DNA of 33,295 bases from Priapulus caudatus (GCF_000485595.1 NW_014577068.1:511701-544995); one strand, 5' to 3'; counted from the first letter of the stretch, positions 1 through 13,433 are shown. The notes: generated by a model from the sequence alone, not told the origin. Translations and numbers: made by a program.

Positions 1-200
1 TCACAATTCTTGTCACCGACACCCCTCCTTCAAGTCTTGTCATCGACACCCCTCCTCAAGTCTTGTCACCGACACCCATCTCTCTCCAGTCTTGTCACCG
101 TCACCCCTTTCTCACAATTATTGTCCCCCCACATCCCGCTCTCCAGTCTTATCCCCGATACCCCTTTCCCACAATTATTGTCACCTACACCCCTCCCTCA
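1..200. repeat. Degenerate ~26-29 bp tandem repeat (consensus like TCAAGTCTTGTCACCGACACCCCTCC), truncated by window start
   Basis: CTTGTCACCGACACCC-like core recurs about seven times in 1-200; it explains the repetitive Pro/Ser/Leu ORF 10..234. Confidence 0.8.
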
Positions 201-1258
201 TAGGTATTACCACCATCACCCTGACCTTATCTGACGCTGTAGTCATCAATATTCCTTACACGCATCCACCTGTGCATCTCGTGCCGAGGATGATATTGGT
301 CCATGCTAATGAACAGGTGGTGAAAAAACGGGTAGCGTGTCTGACCGAAAACGCAAATGATTAGTAATAGAAGGTCACTGCAGCTTGAGCGTTGACCTGC
401 AAAGCTATCTGCCACCGTAGGCCAGGTAACACTAACAGATCAACAGCGAGTGTTGCTGTGTGATATAAACGGTGATCGAAATCGTCTTCGATGAATAATT
501 GCAGTCCTGAGTATAATGCCGAACGCACGATATCATGTTACTGCAAGCGCATGTGAGACAAGGATTGTCCGAGACCGAGGAACGATAGCAAGGTGGGGGT
601 GGTGGCATTAGGAAATTCGATTAGTGGGCGGGAGAAAAATTATTCCTCGTGATAAATGGGGTGAATGGTACTCGGTGGGAAGGGTGGGGGGGTGAAGCTG
701 CACACAGTGTTGCGAATCAGCTGAAGATGAACTATCGATGGATTTGATGGTGATTTGATAAGTTAACGTCGCGCGTTTATGCCAACAGAAATTGTTCGCG
801 TGACTGCCTATCCTGCACCTGGAAGGCAAAATCGAGTGCATTCACTTGTAGAGTATGAAGGCACATGCACTACGGTGTGCTAATAATGAGGCAAGTTGTT
901 TTGCCACTGCCAGCTCGCGTGTCTATAGACTAGATGCGGCGCGAATCAATATTGTACCCTGAACCACATGCATTAGAATGCCAAGGAATTAAGTCAAGCG
1001 AGAGAAATACCATACCTATGGTATTTGCAGGATGTATTACTTGTTTACTACATTGATACTCTGATTACGTTGATATCCTGTGATGAAGGCAGTGGTTATA
1101 GTGAGTTCAGAAAATGTATATTTCTTCATTTACTCCGAAGTATCTGGATCCGAAGTATCCACGGATGTTGGCAATTCAATGATTTATAAAGCCTTAAATG
1201 CACATGGTAAATTTGTGATATACTACAACAGAAATGTTTGTCAGTGTACATATATATA

Positions 1259-1879
1259 CAGGGTTCTCCAAGGGCATATCGTCGAGCCCCGCCATCCTAA
1301 AATGCACCCGCCACGCTAAATATCATAGCCGCCATGCTGGTGTATACACAAGAAGTTCAAACAATTAATACACGTTGGTCTCGATACTATGGATACGGCA
1401 GTCCCAGACACAAGTACAAACAGTCCTCTCCTAACCCTAACATTAACTCCTAAAGCACTGAACCTAAACCGACTCGGCTATCATGTACGCGTGTTATAGT
1501 ACGCAAAAATTAATACTGATTAGTGTATAACCCTTTGCTTTCCAATATTTTGCATCTGAACTGACAATTCAATCGCAACGCAACTGGTGTAGGCTAGCTG
1601 GCAGGAAAGACAATAATGTCACTTTTCATACCTTCAAATGCTGAGTGTTTTCTAGCTCAAATTCAGAAATAAATTTATTTGAATTTTCCGATGCGTTGGC
1701 TCATGGATGCAAAACAAACATTTTCACCCACATGCAGTGCTTCAAATTTACATACAGAGTGTCCCAGATTGCATCTCAGAGCTTCTACATTTCAAAAATT
1801 TTCCAGGGGGTGCATGCCCGATCCCCCTAGCATGAGTAGGCACCAACCACTGCTATAATTTAAAAGCTTGAGAACCCTG
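1259..1879. mobile_element. Non-autonomous TIR DNA transposon (MITE-like) inserted in (TA)n
   Basis: Starts CAGGGTTCTCCAAG (1259), ends CTTGAGAACCCTG (1879), flanked on both sides by TATATA runs; internal GGGGGTGCATGCCCGATCCCCC hairpin; no coding capacity. Confidence 0.7.
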
Positions 1880-1890
1880 ATATATATATA

Positions 1891-2086
1891 CAGGGTTCTC
1901 CAGAGCAGCTTATAGCCTGGCGGCCCCGCTCAGGCTATCGTCGAGCCCCGCATCCTAAAATGCACCGTGTCACTCTCTAACTATCCTAGCCGCCCATGCT
2001 AAAATTAAGGTAAAAAATGCTAAAAATGCTAAAAACTAGGACCGTAAGGAGCCCCGCCATGCATAATGAAAAAGCTTGGAACCCTG
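1891..2086. mobile_element. Second, shorter member of the same CAGGGTTCTC-TIR family, head-to-tail with the first
   Basis: Starts CAGGGTTCTCCAGAG, shares ATCGTCGAGCCCCG..CATCCTAAAATGCACC with 1259-1340, ends AAGCTTGGAACCCTG; its right end recurs at 8149-8213 (CTTGGAGAACCCTG). Confidence 0.7.
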
Positions 2087-2515
2087 CATAATATATAAAT
2101 CGCTCACTGTGTTGGGTACAAACAAAATGTTAGTGAATTTTGTATCGTTGATTAAATCGCATGCACCTAACAATCATGTGACATTCAAATGGCGACACCC
2201 AGTGATCAGATGGTGTGTGGTCAGGGATTATAGAGGCAAACCAACTAACCGATTTGTGAAAACCCAAAAATGCCTTGCAAGTTGCATGCAGTATTTATTT
2301 TCCCACCTTTATTCACACATACTGAGAAAAGCTGCCTTGATAGTAATATCGGTGAAATTTGATATTTTTTATTGGGTGATGTTGTCATAGCAAATCGCCA
2401 TTAAAACAATACATTAATCGGCGTGTGCACTGGAACTAAGAGAAATTTATACAAAAACACATCGTTAAACAAATGCTGCCCATGTTGTTAATGAAGACGA
2501 AATCATATACGCATA

Positions 2516-2768
2516 TTTTTAGCTCATCTGACGAAGTCAGATGCAGCTTGTAGAATCGCATGATTGTCCGTGCGTGCGTCGTTGCGTGCGTCCGTCAAAG
2601 AGTTTGGCACAATCTTAACGCGCTCGACGTACGGTCACGATATTCGGCGACATCGGAGGGGGGATCGTGAAAAGGAGCTCAGGATGACAAATTTGGGGTC
2701 AAGGTCAAAGGTCAAGATTGTGTAAACGGAGGAATATTTCCCCCTTAACTAAGGTATAGGAGAAATAC
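2516..2768 (+). mobile_element. HINE/DINE-1-like (Helentron-associated) element, 5' part
   Basis: TTTTT + hairpin AGCTCATCTGAC-GAA-GTCAGATGCAGCT, then (GTGC/GTCC)n microsatellite, then GGTCAAGGTCAAAGGTCAAG core; this is the typical 5' layout of these elements. No clear 3' subTIR/hairpin found. Confidence 0.55.
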
Positions 2769-5700
2769 GAATTGCGGCAATAATTATACGGTGTATAGGT
2801 GATGGGCAGGAAACCCATCACCAGTGCGAAATTGAAGGCACAGGTAAAGAACAGTGGGGGAAAGGTCAGATATCAGACATTTTCTGAGGACATGGCCTAA
2901 CCGACAGAGTGGAAAACTTTTTTGCTCAGCGCTGACCTACCCATTTTAATCACTTATTGAAAGGACCATAGAAATGTGCTTTCCACTGACGTGCGAAGAA
3001 AAGTGTCTGATAACTGCTTTGACCCTCAGAGGAGGGTTAAACATTGATTTGTTGAACTGTTAACCAAAGGACTGAACTGCTTTTGCTATATTAGAGCCCA
3101 TACCTGTGTGGATGCTGAGGCTACATTTGGCAGTTCAATTGCAAAGAACAAAAAGTTTGTTGAACAAGGTTTACACTCCTTAAATCATATTATTTTCTAA
3201 AGCAGTGTATTATTAATAGCAGCCCTGTAATGCTCACGTGGCTACCAGGTGTTACCTCGTGACAGTTGGGTTGAAGCATATACGGTATGATCTCTTCATG
3301 CATATATATGGCCATCCAAGTAACCAATAATTAACTGAGCGTAGGTGATTGCGCCGCATGATATGAGGGGGGCGCGGTTTACATAGTTGAATTATATATA
3401 TTTGCAATGTAGATAACGCCATTCGATGCATCCAATCACGTTGATGTATTGAAACGTCGGTCAAATCTAAAATATGTAAGCGCGAGTAAAAGCGAATGAT
3501 CATTTTTTGTGCAGTTGTCCGAAATGGAGAATTCCCGAACGGTATCGTGTTTGTGGTAGACTGCGGAAGTTTTTCAGTAACAGTGCTTACTGCGCGTGAC
3601 CAGCGACACTGATTGTTCGGGGCACTGACTTTCTGTGGCAGATGCCTATCGATGGGGCGTTCTGAGCAGCGTTTTACGGAACCGTTGCCAGTGCTATGAT
3701 TGGTTTGGCAACAGCCTGTGTAGAATCTATGGCCTGGGTCCTGAGGTAACTCAACGTAGTGAACTGTGTTCACTTGCATTTGTGTGCAGTTTGTAAAAGT
3801 TTACTTTCCAGTCTTCACAAGTCTTCCTGATATCTCACACTCGTACACACTGTACACGGTGCAAAGCTGCTGTAGAGTTGGAGTTTTCAATAAAGTGTGT
3901 TTTTGTGCAGAAATTTTTTAAATTCCCATTCGATGCCAGCTGAATAGCAATTGTGATTGGAATATAGTGTCAAGTCGATCTCGTGAGTGCTGTTCCCCAC
4001 GCATACTGTGGGTGGTCGCAGACGTACTGCAATGTTTAGGATGAATATTTACTTTTGCTCCTCTTCCATGTTGGTTCTTCACAGGCAGGTCGGTCTATTG
4101 TTAGCATTTGTTAGTAAAATCGCTCATACCAAAGTGCAGGTACACATTGCCATTCTCTTTCCACCGGCTGAACTCGTGCGCTGTTGTATAGATTTTGTGT
4201 TATTATCATTTTACCTTTTACAGCAATCTAAAAATGCTTGCAGAATTAATTGTTATTACATGCGTCGTGGGTAATATTTATATAATTGCGCAGCATCCTT
4301 TACTTAACACCAAAACAATGAAACTATTACAACATGGCCCCGGCCCCACAATTTACGTGATCGTAGTTTTTGAACATCAGTTATACTTATACTTATAGCG
4401 TTATAAATAAACGAGCTTCTATACACATGTATTCTTAGTATGCCCCAAATATACCAAAATAAAAACCTAAAATATGCAACGAATACAAATTCGAATTAGC
4501 TCTTTCAATATTATAGCCATGTGATTGTCACATGACTCGTTAGAGTGCCTTATTTACACAGTCGCCCAATAAATTCATTGGCAAATAGCCATAGCCGTTA
4601 CATGGTCAATAGAATTTTAACCCAGCAATTTCGGTTGCTTGTATTCATAACTTTGTTGTGAATGATAACTATATGAAGGTATGGTAGAAGCTGGTGAGTG
4701 AGACACAAAAGGATAGTGGTGAGTGAGAAGATTTTTAGTGAGAAACAAGTCGATGTAGAATTTTCCTCACCTAAAACTTGATTGATATTGGTTTCACAGG
4801 ACACACAATTAGATGCAATTGTGCTCGGATATCGCCAAATACGAATTCCATTTCGCACAATATAAAAAATGTTCCTGTAAGCCTACTGTTCAGTGCTTTG
4901 TTAAATAACTAAAATTATTGAAATAGTTCAATTCTCACTAATTTTCATGCTGGCTTTATTAGTAATAAATCCGCTAATACAAAGAGTAATAGATTTTGCT
5001 ACATATTTGTTGTTGGATATATTGGGGACATTATTTTACTCTATGTTCAACGTCTGCATGTTGTTGATAAGTCTATAGGTTCGTTCCAGTGTTCTAGAGG
5101 TTGTTTCCTCGTATAGCAGATCAATTCTAATTCTTCTAAAGTGCATTTTCTCGTTTTGTACAGTTGCTGTTTTCTTCTCTGGAAAGAAGGTACTGGCATG
5201 ATTTAATCCTCTAGTTAGTCTAGTATCATGGCGGTCAGGTTATCGTAGCACCCTGTTGTATTGAAATTGTACTGGTTGACTCATCGCTCTCGTGCATGCT
5301 TCCGGCAGCAGTGTATATCGCAGAAAACCTGCGTCGTAAATCTTTCGCCAGATATCGTTGGTTTTGCTGGCGGAGAGAGGCGCGGACGTTTAGTTGTGTT
5401 CTCGCCTTCTCCTTCTCCCTCATCCTTGTATTTTGCACGCGTCTGTTATGAGTCTTCACTGGGGAAAAACCCGCCGCAGCTGCGATCGCCTGACCTTTGT
5501 GTGCGATTCGCGCGCAGCCGCGCAGCTATTTGCGGCAGGCAGCCGACGGCCGGCCGACTTTTCCTTCGTCTGTCGAGGAGCGCAAGACAATCGCCAGGCT
5601 TCTTCCTTCTCACAACGCGCCTCCTCCCATCCTCCGTCTGTCACCTCTCGCGTGTGTGCAGCGGGCTCAGCTATGCGCGCTGTCCGTGTGTCCGCGCCGT

Positions 5701-5972
5701 GCTGTGGACGTAAGACCTGTGCCGAAGTTGGGTCTCTCCAACGATAAAGCTCCGAATCTCTCCAAGGTGCTTCGCCGCCTGCTCGGTGCATTAGTCTGTC
5801 AGACGGCGGTGCTCGCAGCACGTGCGCGCGTGCGTGGCGTTTAGAGAGGTTCGTGAGGTTCCCACGCACCTGTTTGTCGTATGATGCAGGGCGCGGACGG
5901 CTCTGGTTCGGCAACCAATCGGACGACGGAGGTCGACGACGGTAAAAAGTCCTGCGCGCGTGTGATTCCGCC

Positions 5973-6865
5973 GCACACGCGGCAATGCACGCACGCGCGC
6001 GCCTGTGTAAAACAAGAATACGTAGCATGTACGCGCACGCGGCAATGTACGCACGCGCTGGCCTGTGTACAGTTAGTATGTACGCGCACGCGGCAATGTA
6101 CGCACGCGCTGGCCTGTGGTACAGTAGTAGTACAGCGCACGCAGCAATGTACCGCCGCGCCGGCCTGTGTACAGTTAGTATGTACGCGCACGCGGCAATG
6201 CACGCACGCGCCGGCCTGTGTACAGTTGCTAGTACGCGCACCGCGGCAATGTACGCGACGCGCCGGCCTGTGTACAGTTTAGCAATGTACGCGCACGCGC
6301 AATGTAGCACGCGCCGGCCTGTGTACAGTCAGTATGTACACGCCACGCAGCAATGTACGCACCGCGCCGCCTGTGTACAGTTAGCATGTACCCACGCGGC
6401 AATGCACGCACGCGCCGGCCTGTGTACAGTTAGTATGTACGCGCACGCGGCAATGCACGCACGCGCCGGCCTGTGTACAGTTTAGCATGTACACGCACGC
6501 GCAATGTACGCACGCGCCGGCCTGTGTACAGTTAGTATGTACGCGCACGCAGCAATGTACGCACGCGCCGGCCTGTGTACAGTTAGTATGTACGCGCACG
6601 CGGCAATGTACGCACGCGCCGGCCTGTGTACAGTTAGAATATGTACGCCGCACGCGGCAATGTACGCACGCGCCGGCCTGTGTACAGTTAGAATGTACGC
6701 GCACGGCGCAATGTACGCACGCGCCGGCCTGTGTTACAGTTAGTATGTACGCGGCACAGCAGCAATGTTACGCAGCGCGCGCGGCCTGTGTACAGTTAGT
6801 ATGTACGCGCACGCGGCAATGCACGCACGCGCCGGCCTGTGTACAGTTAGTATGTACGCGCACGC
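5973..6865. repeat. 51-bp GC-rich minisatellite, ~17 units
   Basis: Unit TGTACGCGCACGCGGCAATGTACGCACGCGCCGGCCTGTGTACAGTTAGTA (e.g. starts at 6538 and 6589); gives 17-aa periodic ORFs in several frames. Confidence 0.95.
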
Positions 6866-7425
6866 AGACGGCAGCAGCGGCGGCGGTGCGACTATTTCGG
6901 TACGGTGGCGTGAGTATGTTGTTGTACTGTACGGCGAAAAGTTTCAGTCAGCTCAGCAACAGTTCGGTTCCTGCGACAGCTGTCGAGTTATTTTTCGCGT
7001 CAAATGAATGGTGCAGGCTATACTAGTTGTATATATCATCATCAGTGGCTCAGTGTTTTAGCTTTGGCGTTTAGCTGCTATTATGTGTGTGTGCCAGGTC
7101 TTATGATGAGCTTACGTGCTAGCACGCGCAGTTACCCTGTAACGTGCTGGTCATCCTGCTAGAAGAAATGTAACAGTCGCGATGTAGAGTTGTTGTCGCA
7201 CTAGCTTAGACCACGCTCAGTAATATATATACGTACAGTGCACGTACTCGTTGGAGCAGCATACGACTGTACCTGGCATAAAATGTGCGTTCTTGTTACC
7301 ATTGTCCGAATTTGCAACTGGTAAATGCAGGTGAACTCTGGACCAGCATGAGGGACGAGTCGGACGACTCGTGTGGCTCGGGTGTCTGCTTTATGCGTCA
7401 TTGGGATGCATTCCAACCTTTTTGC

Positions 7426-7490
7426 TGTGCGTGTGCGTGTGCGTGTGTGTGCGTGTGCGTGCGTGCGTGCGTGTGTGTGTGTGTGTGTGC
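7426..7490. repeat. (GT)n/(GTGC)n microsatellite
   Basis: Direct reading; counterpart at 13338-13433. Confidence 0.9.
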
Positions 7491-8667
7491 CTTTCCGGGT
7501 AGGCCGTAGCCACACAGCAGGGATGGAAGCTAAATATATTCCTGCGGGACGTATATACTGCCTGCCCTATATGCGTGCATCGACCATCGATACATCGGTC
7601 TTGGCATCGACTGCACTATTGACTCGCCACCACGAGTTCTCCCCCAGGCAACCCGGTTTTGTTTTGTCTTCATGAGCTGCCTCATTTGCTTGCTGCCCCG
7701 ATTATTATAACTCCGTCCCACATATGCGGCAACCGATGACCTTTTTCGTGCTAGTTACGTGTGGCCTAGGTTCTCTAAGGGGGTCGGAGGGGGGGGATAA
7801 TGCAGGGCAGGGTGGCTGCGAGCAGAAAAAAATGGGAAAATGGGATAACATCGACATGCTTTGTTGTATTGCGAGATGGTCGTTGTGAATGGTGGTTAGC
7901 AGGTGAAGCCATGTGATTGGTGATGTGTTGGTGCGGTGCAGAAGTCTGACGATGATTGTCACGAGGGTACCTTTACAAACAGATTCCATCCACGTTTATC
8001 GCCGCATGGGCTTGGGCTCAATAACGGGAAAATAGTGGCTGTTGGACTTATTTTACTACAATGCGGCGTGGCAAAAAGCTGACATTTTCGGATTGACATT
8101 CTGAGTGGCCAATTTTCCCAGTGATGAACATTGGCCTAGATTTGATGTTGCTAAAAACTAGGACCGTAAAGGCAGCCCCGCCATGCTATAATGAAAAAGC
8201 TTGGAGAACCCTGATATATATATAAATCGCTCACGTGTGTTGGGTACAAACAAAATGTTATGTGAATTTTGTATCGTTGATAAATCGGCATGCACCTAAC
8301 AATCATGTGACATTCAAAATGGCGACACCCAGTGATCAGATGGTGTGTGGTCAGGGATTATAGAGCAAACCAACTAACCGATTTGTGGAAAACCCAAAAA
8401 TGCTTGCAAGTTGCATGCAGTATTTATTTTCCCACCTTTATTCACACATACTGAGAAAAGCTGCTTGATAGTAATATCGGTGAAATTTGATATTTTTGCG
8501 TAATATACTGAGTTTATTTTTTATTGTGTGATGTTGTCATAGCAAATCGCCATTAAAACAATACATTAATCGGCGGTGTGCACTGGACTAAGAGAAATTT
8601 ATACAAAAACACATCGTTAAACAAATGCTGCCCATGTTGTTAATGAAGACGAAATCATATACGCGTA

Positions 8668-8935
8668 TTTTTAGCTCATCTGACGAAGTCAGATGCAGCT
8701 TGTAGAATCGCATGATTGTCCGTGCGTGCGTGCATGCGTGCGTGCGTCCGTTCATCAACAGTTGGGCACAAATCTTAACCGCTCGACATACGGTCACGAT
8801 ATTCGGGACATCGGGAGGGAGGGGGGGATCGTGAAAAGGACTCAGGATGACAAATTTGGGGGTCAAGGGTCAAAGGTCAAGATGTGTAAACGGAGGGAAT
8901 ATTTCCCCCTTAACTTAAGCTATAGGAGGAAATAC
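8668..8935 (+). mobile_element. HINE-like element 5' part, duplicate copy
   Basis: Same hairpin, microsatellite and core as 2516-2768. Confidence 0.55.
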
Positions 8936-11788
8936 ATAATAACATGATTATTAACCCCTGATAGTAAATAATAACAAGTCGGGTGTAGCAATGTACCTTC
9001 CCAGGTAGTGTGCAGTCGTGTGGGGGTGGAAGCTGTGACTTGTCAATGCTCATTGTTTCCACCATAGCAGAAGATGCTTGACAACCATGTGTTACCTCGT
9101 GACGGTTGGGTTGAAGCATATACGGTATGATCTCTTCATGCATTAGACATATATGCCATCCAAGTAACCAATAATTAACTGAGCGTAGGTGATTGCGCAT
9201 GAATGAGGGGGGCGCGTGTTACCAGTTGAATTATATATTTGCAATGTAGATAACGCCATTCGATGCATCCAATCACGTTGATGTATAGAACGTCGGTCAA
9301 TCTAAAATATGTAAGCGAGTAAAAGCGAATGATCAATTTTGTGTGCAGTTGTCCGAAATGGAGAATTCCCGAACGGTATCGTGTTGTGTAGACTGGCGGA
9401 GTTTTTCAGTAACAGTGCTTAACTGCCCGTGACCAGCGACACTGATTGTTCTGGGTCACTGACTTTCTGTGGCAGATGCCTATCGTTGGGGCGTTCTGAG
9501 CAGACGTTTTACGGAACCGTTGCCAGTGCTATGATTGTGTTTGGCAACAGCCTGTGTAGAATCTAGGCCTGGGGTCCTGAGGTAACTCAACGTAGTGAAC
9601 TGTGTTCACTTCATTTTGTGTGTGCAGTTTTAGTAAAGGTTTACCTTTCCAGTCTTACAAGTCTTCCTGATATCTCACACTCGTACACACTGTACACGGT
9701 GCAAAGCTGCTGTAGAGTTGGAGTTTCAATAAAGTGTGTTTTGTGCAGAAATTTTTTAAATTCCATTCGATGCCAGCTGAATAGCAATTGTGATTGGAAT
9801 ATATAGTGTCAAGTCGAATCTCGTGAGTGCTGTTCCCACGCATACTGGTGGGTGGTCGCAGACATACTGCAATATTTAGGATGAATATTTACTTTGCTCC
9901 TCTTCCATGTTGGTTCTTCACAGGCAGGTCGGTCTATTGTTACATTTGTTAGTAAAATCTCTCATACCAAAGGGCAGGTACACATTGCCATTCTCGTTTC
10001 CCCGTGCTGAACTCGTGCGCTGTTTATAGATTTTTGTGGTTATTATCATTTTACCTTTTGCATAGCAATTTTAAAATGCTTGCAGAATTAATTGGTTATT
10101 ACATGCGTCGTGGGTAATATTTTAATATAATTGCCAGCATCCTTTACTTAACACCAAAACAATGAAACTATTAATTGCCCCGTTACAACATGGCCCCGGC
10201 CCCACAATTTTACGTGATCGTAGTTTTTGAACATCAGTTATACTTATAGCGTTATAAATAAACGGAGCTTTTATACACATGTATTCTTAGTATGCCCCAA
10301 ATATACCAAAATAAAAACCTAAATATGCAACGAATACAAATTCGAATTAGCTTTCAATATTATAGCCATGTCACATGACTCGTTGGAGTGCCTTATTACA
10401 CAGTCGCCCAATAAATTATTGCAATAGCCATAGCGTTAATGGTCAATAGAATTTTAACCAGCAATTTCGGTTTTTGTATTCATAACTTTGTTGTGAATGA
10501 TACTATATGAAGGTATGGTAGAAGCTGGTGGAGTGAGACGCAAAAGGATAGTGGTGAGTGAGAAGATTTTAGTGAGAAACAGTCGATGTAGAAATTTCCT
10601 CACCTAAAACTTGATTGATATTGTTTCACAGGACACACAATTAGATGCAGTTGTGTGCTGATATCGCCAAATACGAATTCCATTTTCGCACAATAAAAAA
10701 ATGTTCCTGTAAGCTCAGTTCAGTTGCTTTGTTAAATAACTAAAATTATTGAAATAGTTCAAATTCTCACTAATTTTCATGCTAGCTTTATTAGTAATAA
10801 ATCCGCTAATACAAAGAGTAATAGATTTTGCTACATATTTGTTGTTGGATATATTGGGGACATTATTTTACCTATCAAACGTCTGCATGTTGTTGATAAG
10901 TCTATAGGTTCGTTCCAGTGTTCTAGAGGTTGTTTCCTCGTATACAGATCAATTCTAATTCTTCTAAGTGCATTTTCTCGTTTTGTACAGTTGCTGTTTT
11001 CTCTCTGGAAAGAAGGTACTGCATGATTTAATCCTCTAGTTAGTCTAGTATCATGCGGTCAGGTTATCGTAGCACCCTATTGTATTGAAATTGTACTGGT
11101 TGACTCATCGCTCTCTGCATGCTTCGGCAGCAGTGTATATCGCAGAAAACCTGCGTCGTAAATCTTTCGCCAGATATCGTTGGTTTTGCTGGCGGAGAGA
11201 GGCGCGGACGTTTAGTTGTGTTCTCGCGTTCTCCTTATCCCTCATCTTGTGATTTTGCACGCGTCTGTTATGAGTCTTCACGGCGAAAAAACCGCGCGCC
11301 TGCGATCGCCTGACCTTTGTTGCGATTCGGCGCAGCCGGCGCAGCTATTTGCGGCAGGCAGCCGACGGCCCGACTTTTCCTTCGTCTGTCGAGGAGCGCA
11401 GACAATCGCCAGGCTTCTTCCTTCTCACAACGCGCCTCCTCCATCCTCCGGTCTGTCACCTCTCGCGTGTGTGCAGCGGGGCTCAGCTATGCGGCCTGTC
11501 CGTGTGTGCCGCGCCGTGCTGTGGACGTAAGACTGTGCCAAGTTGGGTCTCTCCCAACGATAAAGCTCCGAATCTCTCCAAGGTGCTTCCCGCCTGCTCG
11601 GTGCATTAGTCTGTCAGACGGCGGTGCTCGGCAGCACGTGCGCGCGTGCGTGCGTTTAGAGAGGTTCGTGAGGTTCCCACGCACCTGTTTGTCGGTATGA
11701 TGCAGGGCCGCGGACGGCTCTGGTTTGGCAACCAATCGGACGACGGTAGGTCGACGACGGTAAAAAGTCCTGCGCGTGTGATTCCGCC

Positions 11789-12782
11789 GCACACGCGGCA
11801 ATGCACGCACGCGCCGGCCTTGTGCTACGTTGAGCATGCTACGCGCACGCGGCAATGTACACGCACGCGTGGCCTGTGTACAGTTAGTATGCATGTACTG
11901 CGCACGCTGGCAATGTACGCACGCGCTCGGCCTGTGTACTTAAGTGTACGCCCCAATGTAGCACGGCCTGGTAAGCATGTGTCACGCAGAGCAATGTACG
12001 CGCGCGCCGGCCTGTGAACAGTTAGATATGTACGCGCAACGCGGCAATGACACGCACGCGCGACGCCTGCTGTACAGTTAGTAACTGTAACGCGCACGCG
12101 GCAATTGTGTGTGGGTACGCCACGCGCCGGCTGTGTATCAAGTTAGCAATGTACGCGCACGCGCGCGGCAATGTAGGCACGCGCCGGACCTGTATAACAG
12201 TCAGTTATGTACACGCACAGCAGCAAATTGTACGCAGTCAGGGCCTGCTGTACGAGTTAGCATGTACGACGCACGCGGCAATGCCGACGACGCGCGGGCG
12301 GCCTGTGTACAGATTTAGTATGTACGCGCTAACGCCGGCAATGTACGCACGCGCCGGCCCTGTATCGAGTTAAGCATTGTACACCGCACGCGGCAATGTA
12401 TCGCAACGCGCCGGCCTGGTTGCTACGAGTATGTACGCGCACGCAGCAATGTACGCACGCGCCGGCCTGTGCTACAGTTAGTATGGTACGCGCACGCGGA
12501 ATGTACGCACGCGCCGGACCTGTGTATCAGATTAGAAATTTTTACGCGCACGCGGGCATGTGATACGCGACGCGCCGGCCTGATGTACAGTTCGATTGGA
12601 CGCCGCACGCGCGCAATGTAGCACGCGCCGGCCTGTGTACACGTTAGTATGTACGCGCCACGAGGCAGCTTCAGCATGTACGCCACCGCGGCCGGCCTAT
12701 TGTACAGTTAGTAATGTAACGCGCACGGCAATGCAACCGCACGCGCCGGCCTGTGTTACAGTTTTAGCTATGTACCACACGC
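11789..12782. repeat. 51-bp minisatellite, duplicate copy (much noisier)
   Basis: Same unit with many more single-base insertions. Confidence 0.9.
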
Positions 12783-13337
12783 AGACGCCGCAGCGCGGTC
12801 GGTGGTGCGACTATTTCGGTCTGTGAGACGTGCAGTATTTGTTTTACTAGTTACAGCGAAAGTTTCAGTCAGCCCAGCAAACAGTTCGGTTTCTGCGACA
12901 GCTGTCGAGTTATTTTCGCGTCAAATGAATGGTGCAGGCTATATTAGTTGTATATATCATCATCAGTGGCTCAGTGTTTTAGCTTTGGCGTTTAGCTGCT
13001 ATTATGTGTGTGTTGCCAGGTTTTATGATGAGCTTACGTGCTAGCACGCGCAGTTACCCTGTAACGTGCTGGTCATCCTGCTAGAAGAAATGTAACAGTC
13101 GCGATGTAGAGTTGTTGTCGCACTAGCTTAGACCACGCTCGAGTAATATAATATACGTACAGTGCACGTACTCGATGGAGCAGCATACGACTGTACCTGG
13201 CATAAAATGTGCGTTCTTGTTACCATTGTCCGAATTGCAACTGGTAAATGCAGGTGAACTCTGGACCAGCATGAGGGACGACTCGTGTGGCTCGGGTGTC
13301 TGCTTTATAGCGTCATTGGGATGCATTCCACCTTTTG

Positions 13338-13433
13338 CTGTGTGTGTGTGTGTGTTTGTGTGCGTGCGTGCGTGCGTGCGTCTGCGTGCGTGCGGTGCGT
13401 GCGTGCGTGCGTGCGTGGCCGGGCTGTGTGTGT
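13338..13433. repeat. (GT)n/(GTGC)n microsatellite, different length and arrangement from copy 1
   Basis: Direct reading. Confidence 0.9.

Larger units (their letters stand above)
2027..8148 (+). repeat. ~6.1-kb direct tandem duplication, copy 1
   Basis: Colinear near-identity with 8149-14099, from TGCTAAAAACTAGGACCGTA through GGCCTAGATTTGATGTTGCT; differences are mostly 1-bp indels. Confidence 0.95.

Noticed and set aside
200..900. Short ORFs in unique sequence at window start
   Set aside because: No recognisable motifs or convincing splice structure.
1431..1470. Telomere-like CTAACCCTAA
   Set aside because: Under two perfect units and inside a MITE; not an interstitial telomere.
5973..6865. 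CRISPR-like array or Cys-rich repeat protein (VQLVCTRTRQCTHAPAC)n
   Set aside because: Units are contiguous with no unique spacers and no cas genes; ORFs appear in several frames on both strands because the unit is 51 bp, and they are broken by indels.
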